Part shown: one piece after another, positions 49,214 through 61,199 of the stretch | Numbering within the stretch: position 1 is the first letter of the stretch | How the letters are laid out: every line of letters starts with the position of its first letter | NCBI GenBank assembly: GCA_964234715.1 | Contig: OZ174276.1 | Length of the DNA: 64,000 nucleotides | From: Podarcis melisellensis | Taxonomy: Eukaryota | Reading direction: 5' to 3' (one strand) | Notes under the pieces: generated by a model | Told to the model about the DNA's origin: nothing | Database searches by the model: none | What the model saw: the letters and a program-made list of their open reading frames with translations, nothing else | Program-made: the position numbers and the translations under genes

Positions 49214-50082
49214 CTGTTGTAACGTAGGAACCAAAGATTGTCAGCACTCTTCTGGAGCAGGGTGGAAGCCGCAAGGCTACAGCAAATGGCTCGCCAGTAA
49301 AAGCAGAGACTTGGCAGAGTCTTCATATACAAAAGCAAACAATATGAACTTTTCAGGCAAGAGAGAGTCCAAATACAAAACCTCCATGCACTTTCACTAA
49401 CAGGGCAAAAGTCCTTCAAGAGGAAGAATTACACTGGTGTAGTAATGCCACGTTCAAAAGGGTAAAATAAAAAGTGTCTGTAGGAAGATTGTAGGTTTAG
49501 GAAGACGTTTTGGTGAAATAGAGAAGTAAAAGAAAAAAAGGATGCATTATGGGTAAACCAGGAGCCTCAGAGACTGTTAGTACAAAGGCGGATGGGACAG
49601 AGTTCAGATCTGAGACACAGAACACCTGAGAAGAGAGAGAAAAACACAGAGGGTAACAGACGTGGTGAGAAAATGAGAAATACATCAGGTATCTGTGGGA
49701 GTATATAATGTAAAAAATGATGTATATAAAATGGCTTCCCCTAGACTAGGCAAGCAATTTAAACACTAAATGCAGAAATATACAGAGGGTTCAACAAGAC
49801 TTATATCTCTCATTTTCGCGGGTCTGTAGTTATACTTTCAATAAATCTAAATGCTAATCTATTCTGCTGCCCCTGCTCATTATATACTTCTCCCTTGAAG
49901 AAGTAGAGAGGTTTGTGCTTGCTGATATCCACACCACCCTCTCTTTTGGGGGTAAAAGGGGGGCAAAACAGTCCTTTCCCCTGTATATAAGAGTCAGTTC
50001 CCCACGTTCCGCCCCATGCTTTTAACATTCAACCACACTCCTGGGAAACCCAGATATATTGAACTCAGTTTGGGGATCTACT

Positions 50083-50209
50083 CAGTGGCGGAGAGCAGGC
50101 AGGGGCGGGGCTGGCGCGCGTCCTGGGGGTGGGGCAGCCGCAATGGCACCCCAGGATCACACTGCCAGGGGCGGTGCACTCCCCCCGCGCTCCTCTTCCT
50201 CTGCCAGTG
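50083..50209. mobile_element. Short GC-rich MITE-like insertion
   Basis: Ends CAGTGGCGGAG / CTCTGCCAGTG; imperfect flanking repeat GATCTACT / GCTCCACT; CpG-rich relative to its surroundings. Confidence 0.5.
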
Positions 50210-52221
50210 GCTCCACTGAGTGAAGCAGGCTTGAGTTTCAAATGGCTCCATTCACTTGGGACAAGAAGTGGGTGAGCCTACTGGTGTGCCGCTTTACTTT
50301 CTGTGATTCGTTGCCATTTCTTCCCCTGAGGGAAAACCAAACCGCTGCATTTAGTGCCACTGCGGTATGGAAGGTGAAGTCTGTTCTCCAACCCTGACAC
50401 TGAATGGCCTGACAGGAAGACCACAGAACAGTGCAATGCCTCTCTCCACACACAAATAAGCTATTCTCGCGATGGGCATTTTGATAGGCTATTATCATTC
50501 GTCGGCACTTAAAAAATGGCTAAGTGCATAACTGCAATGCCTGTTTCTCACTTGTGTGGACATTTCCATGTCACTTCTTAGATCGCTAAAGGGAGAGCAG
50601 CAATTAAAAATGAACTAAAGTCATATGAAATGGTTTTGGAAATTCATGCCAAGGAAATGATTATTGTTTTAATGAGTCAACACTACAAAGAACTGTGATA
50701 CAAACAGAGGGAATGTTGAGTTGAAGGTTCATGTTTTTAATTTTATGCAGTTGCCTTCTTCTGTCCTCGCCCACTTTCCCTTATCCTTTGGACAGAGCCT
50801 TGTTTGGACCAAGACTGACTTTATTTTCACAGCTGCTTGCCAACCCAGATGTAGCCAGCACTTCAGAATTCCATCACAAACCACAGCAACTCAGGTAACC
50901 CAACTGAATGGCAAGGAGTCTAAGGTCAAAGCAACCTGTAAGGTCAGTGGTTGGGCAGCCTTTGATGAACTGCTGAGGTGTGGAAGACAGCAGAGTGATG
51001 AGCAGTTAGGCCATTTGCAGGTGGCAGATTCCTGAGTTATCACAGCAAACTGATTCGGGTCACTTGGCACCCACGAGCCATGTGCCCTTCTAGCCACAAG
51101 CCCTTCTAGTTCAAACTGGAAAATTAGTGGGATTAGTTCAGGCAGCATAGGCCACTCAAAACCTTGTGGAATTGGTACCTCTCCCCTCGCCCTCCATTTC
51201 CATGTAATACTTGCTAATTTAATGCTGAATCCTGGGCTTCATCCAAACAGACGCTTACTGATGTCTAACATGCTGCACCTTAGTATTTTTTTAACCCCAT
51301 TTTATGTGTGCGAGTGTGTGTACGTACGTACGTGCAAGCACACATGCACATGCGCACACACACACACACACAGCTCTTCTAACAACATTAGTGCATGGAT
51401 CAGATTCCAGATCTGCAATACTGGATTTCTGCTCACGTGAAAAACGTTGCACCAGTGAAAAAGGAACTTAGAAATGACTTTTTGGTGACAACATCACCAG
51501 GACACACTTTTGCATGTGATCTTGTATACCTACTGGTAATCAGAAAAACAGAGAATAGATAGGATAGAGATAAAAATCAGCGTCATGTATAAGCATCCAC
51601 CCTAGATTGCTTTCATATATGGCCTTTCACATACCTAGCAGCTCTGGACTGCCATTTAGTCAACACCCAAAAGACCAAATGTGGGCCACACATTAAAGGT
51701 TTTTTAATTTCTCTCCATTGCTTGAACGCCATTGTTAAGATGACACCCTGCTGTAATGAAACTTAAGCCTGGGCGTTCAGAAAAGGTGAAACGCCGACTT
51801 CTAAATGCCAGCATTATTTCATTCCAATTAGAAATCCAACTTAATAAAATGACCACTCATCAGACCAGACCAGCAGTCCACTTGCAGTTCCATTTCTTCT
51901 CTAAAAACACAGGCGAGGTCTGAGCTCTCTGTGTGACACATCCCTTTTGTAGTGTGGACGAATAAATAGAGAGCTCAGACCTCGCATGTGAGACACATCC
52001 CTTTTGTAGTGTGGACGAATAAATAGATCTGAATGTTTTCATGTCAAATTCCTTCAGGAATGGTTGAAGCTGATATTGACCCCTTCCTTTGGGAGGAAGG
52101 ATGGGGGACAAATCGAATGGAGTCAGGTAAGACATGTAGGCATGCCTCATCCTTGAGATCCATATGAATGAGCACACACACGCCCATCCTTCCCCTCTGT
52201 TTTCTTCCAAGCCTCACATAC

Positions 52222-52375
52222 CTGCTGGGCTTCTCCCAGTCATCTTCACTGAAACTGCCATCCATAAAGGGGTAACTCTTCCTGGGATCACCAGGAGGGG
52301 TACTGTTCTTCTGTCTGCTGGATCTCCATTCATGTGGGTGAAGCGCAATGCCAACAGCTTGTGGCAAGTATGTAC
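52222..52375 (-). CDS. GRIP2: GRIP2 exon (GTYLPQAVG...EDDWEKPSR); alternative start 52378 via NAGNAG
   Basis: CAG-TAG tandem acceptor, GT donor; phase fits both neighbours. Confidence 0.88.
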
Positions 52376-52784
52376 CTACTGGGATCCGATGGGGAGCACA
52401 TAGACAAACAGGAAGGATCAGGTCATTTTTACATGGCATCGTTGAAGAAAGACAATCTTATGGTTAAGTTAGCTGGATGGGAAGTCTGTCTCCCATTTCT
52501 AGTTCTGCAGTAGACATCCTACATGTCTAGGGGGAATTTTAATTGTGCAACCAGATGGACAAAGCATCCTGCTTTGTCCATTTGCTGGTGAGGTTTGAAT
52601 CCAAACCACACCTGTAAATGGACGTTGAAGGGGCTCGCTGTAACTGCTGACCCCATGGCAATGTTTGCTTGCGTGAACCTTTATCCCCTCAGATATAAAT
52701 GTATGAACTGGCCCTCAGCAATTCAAAATGGAGTTGGGAGGGAGGAGACAAACTTATGCATTCGCACATTAAAGGCCGACTCAC

Positions 52785-52961
52785 CCTGACTTCCATAACC
52801 AGCATCAATGCCAGAACCGTCCCAGGATTCCATTGCACTGTCCACACTGGGGATTGTGGTGGAATAAATCTCAGAGAGTTTGCTAGTTTTCTGGGAATCA
52901 GTCAGGTCATCTTCTGGGTCACTCACTTCATTTATACTCCCAGACTGTTTCGGGTAAGTCC
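52785..52961 (-). CDS. GRIP2: GRIP2 exon (TYPKQSG...PSVDSAMESWDGSGIDAGYGSQ)
   Basis: AG/GT bounded, 177 nt; conserved PSVDSAxxSWDGS. Confidence 0.93.
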
Positions 52962-53062
52962 CTGGGGTCAAAATAAAGATGCACAGGTATGCACAAAAGG
53001 TTAGAGACATGTCTGTGAAGCTCGCCTGCTCTGTTTTTGTTATGTTATAATCACCAGCTAAT

Positions 53063-53411
53063 GGGTGGCACTGGGGTCTAAACCACAGAGCCTAGAGCTT
53101 GCCGATCAGAAGGTCAGCGGTTTGAATTTCCACGATGGAGTGAGCTCCCGTTGCTCGGTCCCTGCTCCTGGCAACCTAGCAGTACGAAAGCACTTCAAAG
53201 TGCAAGTAGATAAATAGGTAGTGCTCTGGCGGAAAGGTAAACAGCATTTCCATGCGCTGCTCTGGTTTGCCAGAAGCGGCTTAGTCATGCTGGCCACATG
53301 ACCCGGAAGCTGTACGCTGGCTCCCTCGGCCAGTAAAGCAAGATGAGCACCGCAACCCCAGAGTCGTCTGCGACTGGACCTCATGGTCAGGGGTACCTTT
53401 ACCTTTACCTT
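53063..53411 (+). mobile_element. Near full-length Sauria SINE (Squam1)
   Basis: tRNA-like head, characteristic body, and (ACCTTT)n tail. Confidence 0.92.
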
Positions 53412-54336
53412 AATGGTTGGTAAGTCTCATATCAGGTTGCAGGCCCAATGTTGTGTTTTCCAGAAGATGGAGGGTCTGGTGTGCAGAACAATGATGTTCC
53501 CTTATCCCTGTAGCAAGGAGGTGCTGCCCTTCTTTCCCCTTCATCCTGTAAGCCTTTTTCACCCATGGCAGCTTCAAGTTGCACCAACCAAATGTGAAAT
53601 TAAGAGTGGGAGAGCGGCTTTCCAGGTGTAAAAATCACACAGATCACGACTACTGCCAGCATGTGATAGTAAGTGCATCTGCTTGCAAGTAAGTTCAGTG
53701 AAATCAAGTAAAAAGACTTATTTCCAAGTAAGTGGCTTTTCTGATTTAGTGATTGTAAAGTGATTTATTCTTTACTCAACACTTAAAACCATCATAACCT
53801 TGACAATTTTCTCTTTCACCTTAGAACATCTCCTGAGATAAAGACTGTACTTTAAAGAAAGGGGGGAGCCCACTATAGTCTCCCCAAATTAGGATGGGTT
53901 AAATTGCTTATAATGGAGTACTTGAGATGGCTGTGGAATTCCAATTTCAAATAGCTCAGGCTTAGAATGATTGATAGGAATTCACTCTCCTCCGTTCATT
54001 TTGACTCATGTGTCATACGCAGAAAGTGCTCCAAAGAGCTTCTGTGAGTAAAAATATCATTATGACTGCTGGACGAGCTGTGCCAGCTATATCCTCTCTT
54101 GGGGAAATCTCTGCGAAAGACTATTAACGTGTTTCACACCATAATAGCTAATGGTTGAGAGCTACAGAAATCATCTCTGGACTCTGAGAGCCGTTGGGGG
54201 ATGGTGATTCCCAAACTCAGCTAAGGTTGGGCCTTTAAAGGTCTCTCTGTGAAAGAGTTTGCGGTTTTTTAGGATGATGGAGCAGAAAAGAGAGCACTAA
54301 CGTGAGAGATTGGAAGGCACATTGGAGAGGATGAAG

Positions 54337-54807
54337 GGATGGAGGAGAAATTCAATTTAGTTTGCATTTTAATAAGTCACTACCTAATGCACCTCTTAAG
54401 AAGAGAAATTGGACTAAATGGCCCTTGAGGTCCCTTCCGACCCTACAATTCTATGAAATGTGCAAATCAAAGCACACCTATCCTTTGAAATTTGCACTTC
54501 TCTGAATTTTGCAACGCAATTCTCCATCCCAAACAATGTGTAGAATATATGTTAGGGGAAAGAATGCATTAAAATTCATATATTAATAAAGAGATACAAA
54601 AATGCACCGTATTAGGGAAAATTGCTTTCAAAAACGTGTACATTAGTCAAAACTGCATACAAAAAGATGTAATTATTAGGAGAAATTCTGACAAATTTTC
54701 ATAGGGATTAAAAAAACAATAATTGCAAATTGCTGCAGAAGCATGGCAAACTGAATTTAAGATTAAAATAATGAGAAAGTGAAATTGACAGATTTGACCA
54801 TCCTTAG
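54337..54807. mobile_element. Old MITE-like element with an internal CR1 3'-end fragment (about 54408-54456)
   Basis: GGGATGG ... CCATCCTTA ends; internal TTGGACTAAATGGCCCTTGAGGTCCCTTCC...ATTCTATGA. Confidence 0.45.
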
Positions 54808-56329
54808 GTGCAGGTATTTCTCTCTGGGGGTCTGAGGTGACCCACCTGTCAGGAGTTGATCAACTCCACACATGGCTTTACTTTTATAGTTGTAAAATTA
54901 AATATTTTTAGAAACACCACAAGTCTCAAGTTTGGTCTCCTCCAAAAGCAAGTCAAACCTGAAAAGTGCTGCCTCTGCAACCTCCTGAGGAAGTTCCACA
55001 GCAGAAGAGTGTTTTTAAAGCACAACAATTTTAGTGGTAGCTTCTGCTTCCAGCAGAAACTGGGAACTACCTCTCTCCTCAAACACTTCAATTTCCCCCT
55101 CCCCAGTTGGCTCTAGGCAGGTCACAGGTCTTTTGAAGAAAAGAAAAAAAGAGAAAAGTGAGTGAGACTGGAGAGAAGTACAATAACGTATTGCAGTTGT
55201 CTTTGTTTATGGATGTCAGTACAACTCCTTGCAGCAGGAAAGAGACTTAAAGGAGATCAGAGGTGAGGCAGGTGTTTTATCTCTGCCAGAGTAAAAAGTG
55301 CTAAGAAAGCAAGAGGAAAAACTACACTCTGAGCAAGTAGGAGATTTAATTTATCAGTGGCTAGGAAGGAAAGTAGGAGGGACTGCACCCGGAAAATCCT
55401 CTGTGTTCATGAAGAGCTGAAAGAATGAATCAGAGAGGGAGGAAAATGGATGTGATTGAAATCTAATGGTCCCTTCAAGCATGAAAATTAAATTGCATGG
55501 TTACACTGTCAAGTTGTCTTCATTAAAAGCAAAGAACAGAAGGACAGAGGCCTATTTCTCAATTTTACACATGAACATAAGTCAGGACTTTAAAGTGAAC
55601 TTCAGTCCTTTCAAGAGATTGGCTGAACTCCTTAGTTTGGCAGGCAAGGTTGCTGCTGCATCAGAATTTCAAAAGTAAGGGAGACTGCAGAGACAGAGTC
55701 TGATGTGAGATGCTTGACTGACAGGTGGTTGGCAGTGAAGGATGCCGATTAAGTTTTCCCCCAATTGGCTTTTCAGCAATTCTTTCAGAAACTTAATGCT
55801 GCGTCAAAGTGGGGCTGCTTAAGGAAGGAGGGGAGAAATAAAAATCACTTTCCACATTGGCAGGTCTGAAGATGTTTTTTAAAGGGAAGCAGATAGCTCA
55901 AAATCTTAAACAGAATCTCAAGTGGGTGCTTGAGATTATACCTGTCAATGGAGTCACCTATTGATCTTGGTGCTTTCGCCTCCTTCTCCTTGTTTTAAAG
56001 AAGCCTCCCAAGGAAACTAACACATTTCCCCACAATCCAGTAGTCCAACACAACAGTGGCATTAACAGGAATAGTATTAAAAGGAACAGCAGTTTAATAA
56101 TGTAGACAGAGAATGCAACCATTATACAATGCATTTATGCCTTGACCTCATATATTTTTAAAGGTCCCCCCAATGTCCTTATGTCACGCATATGGCATCA
56201 TGCACCATGTGACATCACCTCCCCCCAATTCTCCTTCAGAAGCTGGTGCCTCTGAGCAAAGCAATACATTTGGCACCAGCTTGACTGCAGGAGTTGCCAG
56301 AAGGAGGTGTACAAGGCACCATCCAATCT

Positions 56330-57345
56330 CTTAGGGACTCCACTCTGGATTAGGTTTACTTCCTAGCCTTTTCTTCTCCCAAAGATATCTTGCAAGGCAG
56401 GGAAGGTTTAGGTCCTAAGGCTTTATGGGTCAAAGCCAGCACTTTGAATACAGCCCAGAAACTAATCGTAGCCAGTGCAGTCATGAGAGAACTGGTGTTA
56501 CGTGTTTGGACCACTCTGCCTCAGTTAACAGTCTGGCCTCTGAATTCTGCACCAGCTGCAGTCTCCAAATTATCTTAAAAGGCAGACCCATGCATTGAAG
56601 TAATCCAGCCTTGAGGTTAGCAGAGCATAGAAAACAGACTTGGCTTGCCCAGTTCACTTGAGCCTCAAGCAACAGTAATGGATCCAGAAGTATCCTCAAG
56701 CTATAGGATCTACCTGCTCCTTCAGAGGGAGTGCAACAACATCTAGAGCAGGTTACATCCCATCCATCTGGTTTAGGGAACCACCCACTAACACAGCCTT
56801 TCTCAATCTGTGGGTCCCCAGATGTTGAACTACAACTCCCATCACCCCTAGCTAGCAAGGCTCAGGGATGATGGGAGTTCTAGTCCAACAACATCTGGGG
56901 ACCCACAGGTTGAGAACCGCTGCACTAACAGGACCTCAGTCTTGTCTGATTAAGCTTCAGTTTATTGGCTCTCATCCAATCCATTACCGAGGCAAGACAT
57001 TGATCTAGCACACCCACTGCCTCACCTGAAGATGTATAGGAGAAGCAGAGATGTGTATCACCAGCAAATTGCTAACCATGTACTCCAAAACTTGAGATGA
57101 CCCCATTAAGCAGTTTCATGTAGAGGCTGAATAGCATGGGAGATAATACAGAACTCTCCAGAAGCCAACACAGAAAGGCTCCATGAGGCCAAACAATATC
57201 CCTCAAGGATCACCCTGTGAGAACAGCCACCCAAGTGGGACTGGAATCATCGCAGTGGTGGTTCCCACTCTCAATTTGCACAGCCACTCCAGAAGAAGAC
57301 AATCGTTAATGGTATCAAAAGCCACTGAGAAATCAAGGATAATAA
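56330..57345 (-). mobile_element. L2-clade LINE ORF2 (reverse transcriptase) remnant
   Basis: Minus-strand peptides LDFSVAFDTINDCLLL (cf. LDLSAAFDTIDH) and GLPFKIIWRLQLVQNSEARLLT...HVTPVL (cf. LQLVQNAAARLL...HITP); frameshifted. Confidence 0.82.
56794..56922. mobile_element. Hairpin hAT MITE (129 bp) inserted in the L2 remnant
   Basis: Near-perfect internal palindrome; perfect TSD CACTAACA (56786-56793, 56923-56930). Confidence 0.88.
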
Positions 57346-57514
57346 AACAAGGACACATTCCCACTGCAGCTCTTCCGACAAAGGGCCACCAAGGCAATTT
57401 TTGCACCCAAAGCAGGCCTAAGCCCAAGAAGTCCAAGAAGCGGAGATTGCTACATTGATCTGTACTGATTTTGGCTCCAGGTGATACACACAGATTTTTA
57501 GAATGAGGACTTAC

Positions 57515-57654
57515 TTTCGGTTTGCTTCTTGATCTTCAGAGTTACAGTTTCTCCAGCCATCTGGAGTAGATGAATGGCTTCACTCAGAGGCTTCCCCTTA
57601 AGGCTTACATTATTAATAGCTAATATCCGGTCTCCCACATGGATCGCTCCAGTC
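57515..57654 (-). CDS. GRIP2: GRIP2 exon ([46 protein letters not shown]), PDZ6
   Basis: AG/GT bounded, 140 nt. Confidence 0.95.
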
Positions 57655-58895
57655 CTAAAGAACAAGCAAATGAAAATTCCAACTGTTATGCAAGACAGTA
57701 ATTTCATTAAGCCAGCCCATAAATAAAGATATCCATGTTCAGTTGATGGATGCACGTGTGGCAAGATTTAAAGTTCTGTGGTAATCAGAAGGAAAACATG
57801 AAAACAAATGCACAACTATTTACAGATTAGCAGGCACTTCTCCAAATTCAGTGATTTATAATTGAAAGAGAAGCCCATGTCTTCACCCGTTCTACACATA
57901 ATGCTTCTCATTCATCTATAAAGGCTGATCCATGAATTCCAATTGAAACAAACAAACAAACAAACAAAAAAAACCCCAGACCTGTATATGCATATCTCTG
58001 CATAGACAATCTGCCAGGGTTTGGGAACCTTCACTTCTTGGGCCCCATTAGGCCCAGCACAGATCCCAAATTGGCCCATGGGGTGGTTTCTCACAAACCA
58101 TCTGCACACCTGACATCATATGTCATATGGACATGGATTTAAGGGAGCTCTCAATTGCTCCTTGGCCAGCTGACTGGGAGCCATGCTGGGATCAGCTACA
58201 CCAGGGAGCTCCCCAATGGGCTTTGAACCCAAGCTGCGTCCTCTGCAGAGGGGAAAATGCTCCATTTATAAATACTGTGTTTTTACTTCTGCAGAGACAT
58301 CAAAGTGGTTACCAATCAGCTGTTTGGTGGTTACCGCAATCTCCTTTGAAGATGCCCTTTCAGCGATAGTCAGCTGATTGGTGCTAGAGGGTGCATTCAG
58401 AGTGGCTTGTTGTAACCACCAATCTGTTGATCAGTGACCTCCTTTGAACTGTGACAGGTTTCAACCACCTGCAGTCATTATGATGCCATGTGAGCAGCAA
58501 CTGGGAAGTCCCTTTGCCCTCACTGCCATGGGAAGAAGCCACAGCCAATGTCTGACATCATGATGTCAAGAATACCTGTAAAAAAAATAAATGGGTTGCC
58601 ATAGCCAATCAGAACAAATGGCAGTGAAGTCAAAGAAGGCACAAGACAGCGATGTCAAATAAGAAAGGGGGGGGTAACATTGCCCCAGAGTAGCAGGCAG
58701 AGGAACAAAAATGTGCCAAGCAGCAGAACGTCATCCAAATGTTTGGTGAGGCCAATATTTTGCCTTGTCATTTGTCTGGCTATGGTGAATAGACTAATTT
58801 TGATTTGCATTACATAATGTATGGTGCCCATAATAAAAGATATGATTCACCTATGAACACTACAAAACATACAAAACACAGTGAAGATGGTATAA

Positions 58896-59138
58896 AGCCA
58901 GTGTGGTGTAGTGGTTAAGAGTGATAGACTCGTAATCTGGGGAACCAGGTTCGCGTCTCCGCTCCTCCACATGCAGCTGCTGGGTGACCTTGGGCTAGTC
59001 ATACTTCTCTGAAGTCTCTCAGCCTCACTCACCTCACAGAGTGTTTGTTGTGGGGGAGGAAGGGAAAGGAGAATGTTAGCCGCTTTGAGACTCCTTCGGG
59101 TAGTGATAAAGCGGGATATCAAATCCAAACTCTTCTTC
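58896..59138 (+). mobile_element. Squam3-like CORE SINE, young full-length copy
   Basis: tRNA head with A box (TGGTGTAGTGG) and B-box-like GGTTCG, CORE-like GGGTGACCTTGGGCTAGTCA, CTT tail, and TATAAAG flanking repeats (58891-58897, 59139-59145). Confidence 0.85.
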
Positions 59139-60452
59139 TATAAAGAAAGAGTATTCCTCAGGGAAGTGACCCATTCAGTTTGATCCGGGCTTGCTTGACT
59201 TTAGTAATTCATCTAAATAGACTGTGAACTACAAGGGGTTGAGTGAGTTTCACCTGACCCTTGGGGTGCTGCACACGGAGACCACAATAATAAAGGCTGC
59301 CTTTGCATGACCTAAGTACACCATCCAGCTCACAGGTGGAATTCAAGGTACGGCTCAACTCTGGGTTGTTTTCCAATGGATGCAAAGGCCAATTGTGTCA
59401 TATCCTGCATTTAGATCACAGTTATTCCATTAAGCTACAGCTGCAACAGACATTCATTTCCTTGCATGCTCTAAATTGCACTACAACTCAAGCATTGGTT
59501 AAGTACACAGAGACCAATGGCCGGCCAATTTCAGAATGCTTGCTGTACCCATGTCCATTTTCCTTGTGCTTCTGCTGTTCTAGCCATCAGCTGTGGTAAA
59601 ATCTCCAAGAATTGTCATTTAAGCATATTTTATCTTCCCATCAGAAGAGTCTGTCTTAGCTACTCCACTCCCTTCCGGGAGTAAATTACTTTTGCTTGCA
59701 GATCTCCCAAACAAAAGAACGCTGTCTATTTTCAGTCACAGAAAACAAAAGCTTAGCACACAGAACAGCAATCAGTTTTGGAAATCTTGTTTGTTGGCAG
59801 CTTATAAGGATATAATTCAACTTCTTTATATTTTATGCTCTCTCTCCCCCCACCCTGCTTTTTCCTTTGAGTCAGGATTGATTTCTCAACTATCCACTAG
59901 AGGTCACTATGGTGCCAGTTTAAATAGCAAAGTTAACTTTATTTCCAAACAGTGGATTAGTGAACTGAAATTATAAAATTCCTCTGTTTTCAATAGCAGC
60001 TGAATGGATTGGTATAAATTATGGCTCAAAAATTCTGGGAAGGGAATGTGCATGGACCCAAAGATTCACCTTGTATCTATTTTGTTTTTAAACTGATCCG
60101 TTTCCGAATTGCACTATGCTTTTTACACTTCGATCTGCGCTCCATGTTCCGAGCCATTCTGTATAAAGTGAAGTTCTGCGTTCTCCATTCATTACAACTG
60201 GGAAATATAAAAAATGGGTGCTGTTTGCAAATACGGCCGCCCCTTCTGAGCAAATGAAGCCTGCCCAATTTCAGAATGATAGTTTCAGGGGTTCTCCTGC
60301 AAGGACAGACTTTACCAGTTTGCAGTGACTGCATGTGAATGGGGTGATGGTGGTGGAACAAGGATCCACAGGAAAAACTGAGGTGGGGGGGGAAATGTCA
60401 TGTACCCCCAACAATTTCACAAGCATGTAAACAAACAGTCCACAAATTACAA

Positions 60453-60596
60453 GCGGGATAGCTCAGTTGGTTAGGGCATGGTGCTGATAATGCTAAGGTT
60501 GCAGGTTCAGTCCCCATATGCTACAGCTACGTATTCGTATATTGCGGGGCGTTGGATTAGATGAGCATCAGGGTCCCTTCCATCTCTATGATTCTA
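60453..60596 (+). mobile_element. tRNA-Ile-headed SINE with CR1-like 3' tail
   Basis: Head GATAGCTCAGTTGGTTAGGGCATGGTGCTGATAATGCTAAGGTTGCAGGTTCAGTCCCC; tail GGTCCCTTCCATCTCTATGATTCTA. Confidence 0.75.
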
Positions 60597-60656
60597 AGGC
60601 TATGTGGCTGCACATTTTGAACGCAGCACTCCTGATTGGTTCCTTGCTTGTAACTG

Positions 60657-60657
<1 letters not shown>

Positions 60658-60696
<39 letters not shown>
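60658..60696. repeat. (CA)n microsatellite
   Basis: Seen directly. Confidence 0.95.
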
Positions 60697-60698
<2 letters not shown>

Positions 60699-61054
60699 CT
60701 TGCACAAACATATCCACCAATGCATAAACATAATAGCACTGAATATACTACCTGGAAGAAGCTTCACAGTTTCCCCAAGCAACACAAAATTGCCCGTTGG
60801 GAGCTCAGAAACTGTGACAGCCATTCAGCACACAAATCTCTCACGTCTCCTCTCAAGATCACGTGCAACCAAGTTCTCTCTCCTCTCTTTCCTTACACGC
60901 ACAGCCACGTAACTGTGCAGAAAGATCTACACCACCCACGTATGCAGGCTCTATTTAATTCAGTGGTACAAATGAGCAGAAGAGCTTCCCAGTGGATTAC
61001 ACTCGGAGTATCATTCTATCATGCCTGCCCATTAGGATGCAAATTGCAACTCAC

Positions 61055-61199
61055 CTTTCCGCCAGCCCTCGTTTTGTCAGTCCTGAAATGACAATTGGGT
61101 CAAAAGGCTCCTCGGTCCCTGAAATAGTGATTCCCAGGGGTCCACCGTATCTCTTTAGCTCCACTGTGTAGATGATAGCACCAGTTGTTTCTTGCTCAT
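61055..61199 (-). CDS. GRIP2: GRIP2 exon ([49 protein letters not shown]), PDZ6
   Basis: Read manually (not in the ORF track); AG/GT bounded, 145 nt. Confidence 0.95.

Noticed and set aside
50083-50220. GC-rich patch as a CpG-island promoter
   Set aside because: Only about 130 bp and bounded by inverted termini, so better explained as a small transposon.
51935-52027. 36-nt direct repeats with a spacer, superficially CRISPR-like
   Set aside because: Only two copies in a eukaryotic intron, and the spacer is an inverted copy of local sequence. It is a duplication, not an array.
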